From: an uncultured bacterium
GTDB taxonomy: Bacteria; Armatimonadota; Abditibacteriia; Abditibacteriales; Abditibacteriaceae
Assembly: GCA_963843795.1 (NCBI GenBank)
Contig: CAWJLW010000006.1
Span: 1,984,001-2,048,000 of the forward strand
Direction of reading: 5' to 3'
DNA: 64,000 nucleotides
The notes beneath the pieces were generated by a model. That model was not told the DNA's origin and did not search any database. It worked only from the letters and a program-made list of their open reading frames with translations. Positions within the stretch are counted from its first letter, which is position 1. Each line of letters starts with the position of its first letter. The position numbers and the translations under genes are program-made. Positions 18,828 to 27,966 of the stretch are shown piece by piece.

Positions 18828-21800
18828 ATGAATTTCGCCCAGCTTATTGAGCAAACGCCGCGCGACCCCAACGCTCTCGACACGCTGTTAGCGCAACTCG
18901 GCTTTTTCGATCCCAGCGAAAAAAGTTCCGCTGCGCCAATTCAAAACGCCATCAGCGGCCATCGTTTCATCACGCCTGCCGGTGTCAAACCCAAAACTTC
19001 GCGTCGCAAAAAAGTATCTGTCGCGGCGCCCAGCCAAATGCCGATTGTCGCGCCTAACTCGACCCAACGCGCGCAGCGAGTTTTAGAAACCATCGCGCGC
19101 GACGAAGTGGAGCGCGCAGCGTGGCTGCAAATTGTGGACGCGGTGATGCAAGATTGCGCGCGCGCTTCCGACCCGTTCGTATCGCTGTTCAATCTGTCGC
19201 GTTTGAGCGAAGCGGTCTCCGACCGCGCCCTATTTTTCGTTGAATTGCAAGATGATGATTTTCGCGCGCGTTTGTGTCGTCTGCTTTCATTTTCGCAATC
19301 GCTGGCCGATTCGCTGATTCAAAATCCGCACTGGCTCGATTTGCACGCGCCCGCCCAACCGATTTCACGCCCGCAGTTGCGCATTTTGGCGCAAAAAGCG
19401 ATGGACGAATTTTCAACGCCAAACGAAAAATTGGATGCGCTACGACGTTTTCGCCAGCAGCATTTTTTGCGAATAGGCACGTTAGATTTGGAATCGCAAA
19501 CCTGGCGCGATGAAGCGGATTTTGCGATTGTAACGCAGCAAATTTCCGATTTGGCGCAAGTGTGCGTGCAAAAGGCGTTGCAGGTACTTGCACCGGACAA
19601 TCCGCCTTTTTGCGTTTTAATCATGGGCAAGGGCGGTGCGCGCGAATTGAACTATTCGTCTGATATCGACCTGATTTTTCTGCACAACGGCGAAAGTGAA
19701 GCTATGAGCGCCTTAGGCCGCAGTTTACTGCGCGAGCTGGGCGCGACGACCGCGAGCGGCACCTTATATCGCGTCGATATGCGTTTGCGGCCTGAGGGCA
19801 GCAGTGGACCGCTGACGACTTCGTTTGGCTACGCATTGAGCTATTACGAATCGTTCGCCGCGCCGTGGGAATGGCAAGCCTTGATAAAAGCGCGCGCAAT
19901 TGCAGGCGATGCCAAATTGGGCCGACGGTTTTTGCGTTTTACGCGCGGGGTGACGTGGGCGCGACGCGCCGACGACGATCATTTGCAAGCCATCGTAGAT
20001 ATGAAGCGACGCTCGGAAGCAACTGCTGACGGGCGCGATAATCTCAACGTAAAATCCGGACCGGGCGGCATTCGCGATGCCGAGTGGATCGTACAACAGT
20101 TGCAAATGATGGTTGGCCCGCAGCATCCGCGCGCGCGCGTGGCGGCGACACTGGACGCGTTGCAAGTACTTGCCGAACTTGATGCGCTGAGTTTTGAACA
20201 AGCGCGCGAACTGCGCGACGGTTATCTATTTCTGCGCGTTTTAGAGCATCGGTTGCAATTGTGGCAAGAGCGCGCAATTCGCAATTTGCCAACATCCGAA
20301 GCGGAGAAAGCGGCTTTGGCACGTCGCGTCGGTTGTCGCGCGCGCGGTGCCAGTGCGGCGCGCTGGCTAGACGAAGAACACGCGCGCCATCAGAAAAGTA
20401 TTCGCGCGCTGTGCGAACATTTGTTCTGGGGTTGGCGCCAATCATCGCGCGAAGCGGCCACAACTGCAGTGCACGGACTTGTACCGGACGCAGACGCCGA
20501 AATGCAAACGCGCTTGAATCGCTTGCAACGCGGCAGCGAAAATCAGCCGCTACCAGCACCTTTAGCACGACAAATCGGCGCGGTTTTGCCCGCCGCGTTG
20601 CAGCATTTGAACAGCGCCGCGCAGCCCGCACGCGCGCTGGCCAATCTGGAACGTTTGTGCGACAATAGCGGCAATCGCTTGAGCGTTCTGCGCGATTTGG
20701 CCGCTTCGCCCGATTTATCGAGCGCGATTTTCGCCATTTTGGGTGGCGCGCGCGAAGTCGCCGATACCCTGGTCGATACGCCAGAATTGTTGGATTTGGC
20801 GGCCCAGCGCTCTTTGCTGGCGCGCGGTCGTGATGAAAACGAAGCGCGCGCGGCGTGTCGCGATTACTGCCTGACTTTTCGCGATCGTCATGCGGCTTTA
20901 CGGCGCTGGAAACATCGCGAAATGTTGCGCATCGCGCTGCGCGATCTCAGCGTGCGCGCGCCCACCGTTCGCATCAGCGCGGGCATCTCTTATTTGTGCC
21001 GCGCCTGTTTGGAACTGGCTTTGGAAGAAATCGGACGCGAGTTGCATCCGAACTTGGGCGCGCTGGGTTTCGCCGTGTTGGGTATGGGAAAGTTGGGCGG
21101 TGCCGAAATGCATCCGGCTTCAGACGCTGATGTCATCTGGGTGCACGACGCGCCCGCCGATTGGGAAAATGCGGGCAAAATCGCCGCGCAACTGGCCAAT
21201 GAAATCACGCATTATTTGGGCGCGCACAGCGGCGGCGTGCGCGTTTGGGAAGTCGATGCGCGCCTGCGCCCCGAAGGTCGCAATGGAATTTTAGCGCCCT
21301 CGGTCGAAGGTTTCGTGCATTACTTCGAGCGTCAAAGCGGTGGTTTGAGCGTTTGGGAGCGACAAGCCTTGACGCGCGCGCGTTTCGTAGCGGGCGATGC
21401 GCGCACGGGCGCGCGCTTGATGGCCTTGATTCGTCACGTCGCTTATCCCGAAACGTGGCAAGCGCAATGGAGCGATGAACTGCGCCACATTAAACATCGC
21501 GTCGAAACCGAACGCGCGCGCGCCGGAAGCGAGACGATTTACGATGTGAAATTGGGACGCGGCGCGCTCAGCGACATCGAATGGGCGGCGCAATGGCTGG
21601 CGATGAAACACGGCGCGCAATTTCTCGAATTGCAGCGCCCGAACACGCTGCAAGTACTTGCAGCCGCCAAAGATGCGCAGTTGTTGGGTGAAAGCGAAGA
21701 ACGCGCTTTGCGCGAAGCGTATGAGTTTTTGCAGCGCGCCCAAATTCGCCTGCATTGGGCGCTGGACAATCCAAGCGCCGCGCAAATCGAAAATTCAATC

Positions 21801-21935
21801 GCGTGGCAAAGCTGGGCCGGCGCAGTTTTCCCCGAATTGTCGCGTGAGGCGGCGTGTGAAGAATTTGCCAATCAATGGAAAATGCACACGAGTGCGGTTC
21901 GTAACGTGTTTGAACGTGTGCGCGATGCGTTGTGA
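18828..21935 (+). CDS. glnE: Glutamine synthetase adenylyltransferase / adenylyl-removing enzyme
   Basis: Two nucleotidyltransferase modules: MGKGGARELNYSSDIDL...VDMRLRPEG and MGKLGG...SDAD...VDARLRPEG. Confidence 0.93.
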   Translation: MNFAQLIEQTPRDPNALDTLLAQLGFFDPSEKSSAAPIQNAISGHRFITPAGVKPKTSRRKKVSVAAPSQMPIVAPNSTQRAQRVLETIARDEVERAAWLQIVDAVMQDCARASDPFVSLFNLSRLSEAVSDRALFFVELQDDDFRARLCRLLSFSQSLADSLIQNPHWLDLHAPAQPISRPQLRILAQKAMDEFSTPNEKLDALRRFRQQHFLRIGTLDLESQTWRDEADFAIVTQQISDLAQVCVQKALQVLAPDNPPFCVLIMGKGGARELNYSSDIDLIFLHNGESEAMSALGRSLLRELGATTASGTLYRVDMRLRPEGSSGPLTTSFGYALSYYESFAAPWEWQALIKARAIAGDAKLGRRFLRFTRGVTWARRADDDHLQAIVDMKRRSEATADGRDNLNVKSGPGGIRDAEWIVQQLQMMVGPQHPRARVAATLDALQVLAELDALSFEQARELRDGYLFLRVLEHRLQLWQERAIRNLPTSEAEKAALARRVGCRARGASAARWLDEEHARHQKSIRALCEHLFWGWRQSSREAATTAVHGLVPDADAEMQTRLNRLQRGSENQPLPAPLARQIGAVLPAALQHLNSAAQPARALANLERLCDNSGNRLSVLRDLAASPDLSSAIFAILGGAREVADTLVDTPELLDLAAQRSLLARGRDENEARAACRDYCLTFRDRHAALRRWKHREMLRIALRDLSVRAPTVRISAGISYLCRACLELALEEIGRELHPNLGALGFAVLGMGKLGGAEMHPASDADVIWVHDAPADWENAGKIAAQLANEITHYLGAHSGGVRVWEVDARLRPEGRNGILAPSVEGFVHYFERQSGGLSVWERQALTRARFVAGDARTGARLMALIRHVAYPETWQAQWSDELRHIKHRVETERARAGSETIYDVKLGRGALSDIEWAAQWLAMKHGAQFLELQRPNTLQVLAAAKDAQLLGESEERALREAYEFLQRAQIRLHWALDNPSAAQIENSIAWQSWAGAVFPELSREAACEEFANQWKMHTSAVRNVFERVRDAL

Positions 21936-21937
21936 AA

Positions 21938-22360
21938 TCAAACACTTTTATTGATGCGCTTTTGCAAGGCGCGAAAGAACAGACAAAAATAGTAAACGGC
22001 ACTTCCAGCTAAAAACAATGTCGGTGCCACCAAACCAATAACAAGAGTGGGTTCAGGTTGAGAATTGCCCGGAAAAGATTGCAAGGTTTGCAACGCGCGC
22101 CAAGCAACCAACACAAACGAAATCAAGGACGCACTTAAAAAACAAGCCATAGCGCCCTTCAGAAAAATTTGCAATTTCCGTTGCGAGTCGGGCGCGAGAC
22201 GGCTGTAAACCCAAAACGCAGCACCGCCAACTATAGCGACAGCAGCGATGATCATAGCATCACTGAGCTGAAAAGAGGAATAAGCAGACCTGTCCAAGAA
22301 GATGACACTGCCCAAAGTAATCAACACACCGCAAATGGCGAGTTTGGAAGAACTAGTCAT
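21938..22360 (-). CDS. Hypothetical membrane protein (4 TM)
   Basis: 140-aa ORF with four hydrophobic segments. Confidence 0.65.
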   Translation of the reverse strand: MTSSSKLAICGVLITLGSVIFLDRSAYSSFQLSDAMIIAAVAIVGGAAFWVYSRLAPDSQRKLQIFLKGAMACFLSASLISFVLVAWRALQTLQSFPGNSQPEPTLVIGLVAPTLFLAGSAVYYFCLFFRALQKRINKSV

Positions 22361-22445
22361 GGCTCGTTCTCGTTTTATGAGATGAATTTCTAATAAATCA
22401 TCGTAATCAAATTTCTATCGCTGCATTTTGCGGCCAAGACCGTGC

Positions 22446-22477
22446 AAACTGTGCTGCGAGTACTTGCAGCACAGTTT
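22446..22477. repeat. 32-bp near-perfect palindrome on a motif variant, in a divergent promoter region
   Basis: AAACTGTGCTGCGAGTACTTGCAGCACAGTTT. Confidence 0.85.
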
Positions 22478-22539
22478 AGAGACACACATATTCGTGCATG
22501 TACTTGGTTGCATTCTAACCTTAAGTATCAATCTCAATT

Positions 22540-25218
22540 ATGACTCATCCCGATTTAGTTTCCGACCTGCGCAAATACTTGCACGACGAGCGCACCGAAT
22601 TACTCCGCGTCCAATCGCCTGCGCGCATGGGACGCAACTGGCTCAAAGCGCACACTTCTGTCATCGACATCGTGCTGGCGCGCATCTACGAATTTGCGTG
22701 GGACAACGCGCGCGCCAGTTTGAACGAAAGCGAGCGCGCGCAGATGGAGCGCGAAGGCGGTTTGGCCTTAGTCGCGATTGGCGGTTACGGGCGCGGTGAG
22801 TTGTGTCCGCATTCCGACATTGACATCGCGTTTTTGGCCGCCGAGGAAGAAAATCATCTGCTCAATGGCGTGGTTAAAGAAGCCTTTCGTTTAATTGTCG
22901 AAATTCTCATCGACGGCGAAAAGTTGGATGTTTCTTATTCTTACCGGCCTTTGATTGATATGGGACGACTCGACCCGAAAGATAAAACTTCGCTCCTCGA
23001 CGCGCGCCTCCTCGCGGGCAGCCCGTGGCTTATCGAGCGCGCCCTGCATGATTTGCACGATCATTGGGACGGCGTGGAATATTTGCTGGACAAAGAGCGC
23101 GAGCGGCGCGAAGTCGGGCGGCAGATCGAGTATTCGATGTATGGCATCGAGCCGCATCTCAAAGAAGGCAGCGGAATGTTGCGCGATTTGCAAAGCGCGC
23201 TATGGGTAACTTCAGCGATGCTGGAAACCAATGAACCAATGCGCGAACTGGAATGGCGCGGCATTGTGACCGGCGACGATTGCGAGCGCGCCATTAAAGC
23301 GCGCGATTGGATGCTGAGCATTCGGACTTGGCTTCACTTAGTCGAAGACCGTAAAACCGATGTGCTGCGCGTCGATTTGCAAGATCGTTGTGCTCGCTGG
23401 CGCGGCTTTACTGGCATCGGCGCTGTGCCTTCGCAATTGTTGCTCGGCGAAGGTTATCAACACGCCGAAGCGACACACAATTTCGCTTTTAAAGTGTTTC
23501 GGCGCTTGCTCGATGGCACGCTGCATTTGGACGACCATTTCGTGGCTCATCATCAGCGCGTCAAATGCGCACACCCTTATATGTTGTCCAACCATCCCGA
23601 ATTGCTCATCGCACCATTTGCTCAGGCCCGCAAATATGGTTTTGGTCTGGACAGCGAACTCGACCGCGCAGTCGAGGAAGCTTTGCCTCTGGTCGATGAT
23701 AAAACACGCACTTCACCGATTGCGCGCGCCGGTTTGTGGTCGTTGTTGGAACATCCCGAAAGTGCGGCTGAAGCCTTGACCGAACTGCGTGAACGTGGAG
23801 TTTTGCAGCGTTTTATTCCCGAATTTGAAAGTATGCTGCGTTTGGCGCCCGCCGACCCTTCGCATCAGTTGACGGTTGGAGAACACTCGCTTGAAGCGCT
23901 GCGCCAGATGGCGCGCCTGTATGAAGAGCGCAACGAGGACGACGAAATGTATGCGGTATGGAGCGGCGTCGATGACCGTCAATTATTAATGCTTGCCACG
24001 CTGCTGCACGACGTCGGCAAAATTCAGCAGGGAACGGATCATTCGGTTTCGGGCGAAAAGTTGGCCAAGAAAATCGGGACGCGTCTGGGTCTGAGTGGCG
24101 AACGCTTGAAGCGTTTGGGCGTTTTGGTGCGGCGTCATCTGCTTTTGCCGCGCGCGGCACGTTTGCGCGATTTGAATGCGCCGGGCACGACCAAAGAAGT
24201 GATGAAATTTGTCAACGATGTTTCCACTCTAAAAATGCTTTATCTGCTGTCGATTGCCGATACCTGCGCGGTTGGCGAACGCACTTATTCGCGCACCGAT
24301 TTGGAAGGCATGCGCGAAATTTACGAGCGCACTTTGCTGGCGATGACGCGCGACGAAGCCGCCGAAGTGCTGACCGATAGTGAAAAGCGCGAGCAGATGG
24401 TGCAACGCGAACGCGTGCGTTTGCGGCGCGAACTGCGCAATTTCGAGTGGGACGACGACACGCTCAAGCGCGTCACGGACAGCCTACCGACTTCATATAT
24501 TTTGAATACGCCGCTGCCAGTTATCGCCACGCACATGAAGTTCATGGAGCAACTGCCGCGCGAAAAACTCATCGTCGATTTCACCACGACAGCGGGCGGC
24601 AATCGCACCGAAATGACGGTTGTGACTTATGATGATGCTGAGCCAGGTCTGCTATCGAAAATTTGCGGTGTGATTCACGCCATCGGAGCCGAAACCAAAG
24701 CCGCGCACGTTTACACTCTGCACGTCACTGAAGCGATTGGAGATGAGCATCCGCCCGACCGCGACATCGTTTTGGATCGTTTGAAACTGGAACACAAAGG
24801 CCGCGCTTTGCCCGAAGCGCGTTGCGCGCGTCTGGCGGCAGCGCTGCGCGAAGTGATCGTCGGCGGTCGCGATGTGGAAGATGTGATTAAAAGCGCGGGC
24901 AAAGAAGCTCACGCCCGCGTCGTGCCTCAACGCATCGAAGCGCGCAACGATTTATCGGATGAGCACACCGTTATTAACGTGGTAAGCGATAACACATCGG
25001 GCTTGCTGTATGCGATTACCGACACACTGGCCGATATGAGCATGGACATTCACACCGCGAAAATCACCAGTTGGGGCGGTCGCGCCGAAGATGCGTTTTA
25101 CGTCACCCGTCGTCCCGAAAACGGCAACGGCTTGTCGATTACTTCGACCAAACCCGACGACGACGACATCAGCGAACTCATGGAAACCCTGCGTGACCGC
25201 TTGATTCGCGCCAAATAA
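22540..25218 (+). CDS. glnD: [Protein-PII] uridylyltransferase
   Basis: AIGGYGRGELCPHSDIDI, EPHLKEG.G.LRD, HD domain (LLHDVGK) and two C-terminal ACT domains. Confidence 0.93.
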   Translation: MTHPDLVSDLRKYLHDERTELLRVQSPARMGRNWLKAHTSVIDIVLARIYEFAWDNARASLNESERAQMEREGGLALVAIGGYGRGELCPHSDIDIAFLAAEEENHLLNGVVKEAFRLIVEILIDGEKLDVSYSYRPLIDMGRLDPKDKTSLLDARLLAGSPWLIERALHDLHDHWDGVEYLLDKERERREVGRQIEYSMYGIEPHLKEGSGMLRDLQSALWVTSAMLETNEPMRELEWRGIVTGDDCERAIKARDWMLSIRTWLHLVEDRKTDVLRVDLQDRCARWRGFTGIGAVPSQLLLGEGYQHAEATHNFAFKVFRRLLDGTLHLDDHFVAHHQRVKCAHPYMLSNHPELLIAPFAQARKYGFGLDSELDRAVEEALPLVDDKTRTSPIARAGLWSLLEHPESAAEALTELRERGVLQRFIPEFESMLRLAPADPSHQLTVGEHSLEALRQMARLYEERNEDDEMYAVWSGVDDRQLLMLATLLHDVGKIQQGTDHSVSGEKLAKKIGTRLGLSGERLKRLGVLVRRHLLLPRAARLRDLNAPGTTKEVMKFVNDVSTLKMLYLLSIADTCAVGERTYSRTDLEGMREIYERTLLAMTRDEAAEVLTDSEKREQMVQRERVRLRRELRNFEWDDDTLKRVTDSLPTSYILNTPLPVIATHMKFMEQLPREKLIVDFTTTAGGNRTEMTVVTYDDAEPGLLSKICGVIHAIGAETKAAHVYTLHVTEAIGDEHPPDRDIVLDRLKLEHKGRALPEARCARLAAALREVIVGGRDVEDVIKSAGKEAHARVVPQRIEARNDLSDEHTVINVVSDNTSGLLYAITDTLADMSMDIHTAKITSWGGRAEDAFYVTRRPENGNGLSITSTKPDDDDISELMETLRDRLIRAK

Positions 25219-25250
25219 GCGTTGCAAGTACTTGCCGACACAACAACAAT

Positions 25251-26276
25251 ATGGATGAACCAGCGCGCGCCGATTTCCCACTGCATAAATATCAAGGCGC
25301 TGGATTGTCGATTATAGGATTGCTCTGGTCAATTTACTGGCTTTATTTGTTGTGGCACCAACAGCCCGATTTCGTTGGGCGCGACTTTTTTCCGCTCTAT
25401 TATGGCGCACTTTCGCTGCAAAATGGTCACAGTCCTTACGCAGCGGATGTGACGTGGCGCATGAACGAACTATCGCCCGCCACCAAAATGATGGGCTTTG
25501 CTTACCCAATGCCCGCGCTTTTAGGCTTGTGGCCGCTGTTCTATTTTTCGCTACCAATCGCAACTGCCATTTGGACGGGCGCGGGCGCGGCGGGCAGTTT
25601 CGCGGCAGCGCGATTAAAAGCCGATAACACGCTCTTGTTTTTGCCCTTAGCGTTCTGGCCGTTTTTTCAAGCCGTGCAATCGAAACAGGCGACTTTGATC
25701 TGGTTTGGTCTGTGCGTGCTTTTGTTAATCGCGATAGAAAAGCGCTGGACAATAATCATCGCTTACTGCATCGCCGTTTTGCCTGCCAAGCCACAAACCG
25801 GAATCGTGTTCGCATTGTATGGCGTTTGGTGGGCCTGGCATTACAATCGTTGCATCTTGAAATATTTGCTGGGGTGGATGCTTTTGATCTGGGGTGGGAG
25901 CTTTTTGATCGTCCCCGACTGGCCGCTCCAGTTTTTCGCTATTGCCAAAACGTACAACCAATTCAATTACACCGCGACTTTATTACCGTGGGGATTGCTG
26001 CTCATTGCAGCGACGTGGAAATTGCCGATTTATGCGCGTCTGGCGGTTTGGCAAGTGGTGATTTTTCCCATCACCAACGTTTACAGCGTCTTGCCGCTTT
26101 TGCTGGTGTGGATCGCCGTTGGCGGCGGATTAGCTTACGTTGGTGCGGCGCTTTCGATGTTGCCCTTTTTGCTGGGCTGGCCCAATAATCTGGCGACACT
26201 GTGGGCCTTTATTCTCGTCCCGCTGCTTGTGTGTTGCGCCTGGCGCTGGAAATATAACCTGCTCTCAGAAACCTAA
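25251..26276 (+). CDS. Polytopic membrane glycosyltransferase (GT-C / GT87-like)
   Basis: DF..LY.G......SPY, YPMPA and KPQ motifs with many TM helices. Confidence 0.7.
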   Translation: MDEPARADFPLHKYQGAGLSIIGLLWSIYWLYLLWHQQPDFVGRDFFPLYYGALSLQNGHSPYAADVTWRMNELSPATKMMGFAYPMPALLGLWPLFYFSLPIATAIWTGAGAAGSFAAARLKADNTLLFLPLAFWPFFQAVQSKQATLIWFGLCVLLLIAIEKRWTIIIAYCIAVLPAKPQTGIVFALYGVWWAWHYNRCILKYLLGWMLLIWGGSFLIVPDWPLQFFAIAKTYNQFNYTATLLPWGLLLIAATWKLPIYARLAVWQVVIFPITNVYSVLPLLLVWIAVGGGLAYVGAALSMLPFLLGWPNNLATLWAFILVPLLVCCAWRWKYNLLSET

Positions 26277-26303
26277 AACGCGCGCTGCAAGTACTTACGT
26301 TAC

Positions 26304-27887
26304 TTATTTTTTCTGCAGACTGTCCAGCGTCGCTCGCGACAGGAAGAAAATTCCGGTGCGCGCGCCGATCCACAAGCCTTGGGGCATAAGTTGCAACGCT
26401 TGCAATTCGCTATCGAGCTGTGGCAAGAACGATTGGCAATTCATGACGCGACCTGCTTTATCGTGTAGCCATAAACCGTGGCGCGTGGCAATCCACCAAC
26501 CATCGCCATCGCGCGCCATCGCCGTTACGTTTTCGCCTTGTAAAGCTTCTGCGCTTTGCCATTTTTTATCAACGCGCCACGCGGCACCACCGACAAAAGT
26601 GCCTAAAGCCAAATCATCATTTCGGCCCGCGATGGTCGTAATCCAATCATCGGGCAAAGCATGACGTTCATCCCAAAATTTCAAATCGTAAGAACCTTGC
26701 GTGCGCTTGGCTTCGATTAAACCGCGACTTTGCGTACCAAACCACAATGTGTTGGCGGTCGCGTGCAAGCTCAAAGGCGGCAATCCCTGCAAGGCGGAAA
26801 AGCGCAGAAAATGTGTAATTCGGATGCCGTCCCATTCACTCCAACCGCCCCATTGCCCCAGAAACAAATGATTCTCATCGGCGCACAACGCCAGAATTTT
26901 GCCGCGCGGCAATTTGGGGAACACGTTTTTCTGCCATTTTTTGCCATCGAATTTATCGACTTGCCCGCCGCCGTAACGCACATACAACTCATTGCCGAAA
27001 CGCACAATTTGGCGCGGCGCGTTCGACGACAATTCGCCTATTTCGTAATGCTTCCAACCCTCTGCGGTGCGCGCGACCAAACCCTCTTCAAGCGTGCTAA
27101 ACCACAGCGCGCCATCGAACGCCGCGATGTTTTGCACGTTGGTATCGAAAGGCTCGCGCTCGAAGCTCCACTGCGCCATCTGCCAAATTTTGTTCTCGAA
27201 ATCGTAACGCCAAATCCCACCGCGCCGCGTGCCGACCCACAAATTCCGCGCGTCACCCGCCAGCGCCGTTATATCTCGCGCTTCAGCGGGCAGACCCAAT
27301 TCTATGCGCGACCAGTGGGTGCCATCGAAGCGCCACAAATCATCGCCAAAAAGCGCCGCCCACAACGCATCGCCGCGCACCAAAAGCGCGCTGATGTGCG
27401 TGCCTTTCGACGGCGGCAACGCGATGACACGCGCGTTTTCGCCAACGCGCTTATGTAAACCATTTACATCCGCAGTCCAAACTGCACCGCGCCACGACAC
27501 GCTGCAAGTACTTGCGGGCACATTTTGTCCCTTCTGGCGTTCGATCACGCGCCATTGTTGGTTTTCGTAAACCGCGTCTGAAACCGGAAACTGTGCGCGC
27601 GGCGGGCTATCGTCCAGCGTGATGCGTCGCGCTTCGTGAGATGGCAAACCGTCTTGCCGCGTCCATTTTGTCCATTTGCCATCATACGCGCGCCGCAAAA
27701 TGCCGCCCGCTGTGGCCGCCCACAACGTGCCATCAGGCGCGATTTGCAAATCATTAATCTGCCGCGTTGTCGTGAAAATTGTGTCGCGCACGGGCGTAAC
27801 CGGCGTGTAATCTTCGCTGGGAGCGGCCACGCAAGCGCGCGCGAAAACGACGATTCCCACTAGCGCAACACAGAAAAAATGTTTCAT
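26304..27887 (-). CDS. Secreted beta-propeller repeat protein (ligand-binding sensor propeller-like)
   Basis: Signal peptide and repeated G.LW..T..G blades. Likely start is ATG 27887. Confidence 0.75.
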   Translation of the reverse strand: MKHFFCVALVGIVVFARACVAAPSEDYTPVTPVRDTIFTTTRQINDLQIAPDGTLWAATAGGILRRAYDGKWTKWTRQDGLPSHEARRITLDDSPPRAQFPVSDAVYENQQWRVIERQKGQNVPASTCSVSWRGAVWTADVNGLHKRVGENARVIALPPSKGTHISALLVRGDALWAALFGDDLWRFDGTHWSRIELGLPAEARDITALAGDARNLWVGTRRGGIWRYDFENKIWQMAQWSFEREPFDTNVQNIAAFDGALWFSTLEEGLVARTAEGWKHYEIGELSSNAPRQIVRFGNELYVRYGGGQVDKFDGKKWQKNVFPKLPRGKILALCADENHLFLGQWGGWSEWDGIRITHFLRFSALQGLPPLSLHATANTLWFGTQSRGLIEAKRTQGSYDLKFWDERHALPDDWITTIAGRNDDLALGTFVGGAAWRVDKKWQSAEALQGENVTAMARDGDGWWIATRHGLWLHDKAGRVMNCQSFLPQLDSELQALQLMPQGLWIGARTGIFFLSRATLDSLQKK

Positions 27888-27966
27888 ATCCAACACCAAA
27901 ATTTTCTCATATCCGCAAGTACCTGCAGCGCACGATTTGTACGCTGCAAGTACTTGCAGACACGCT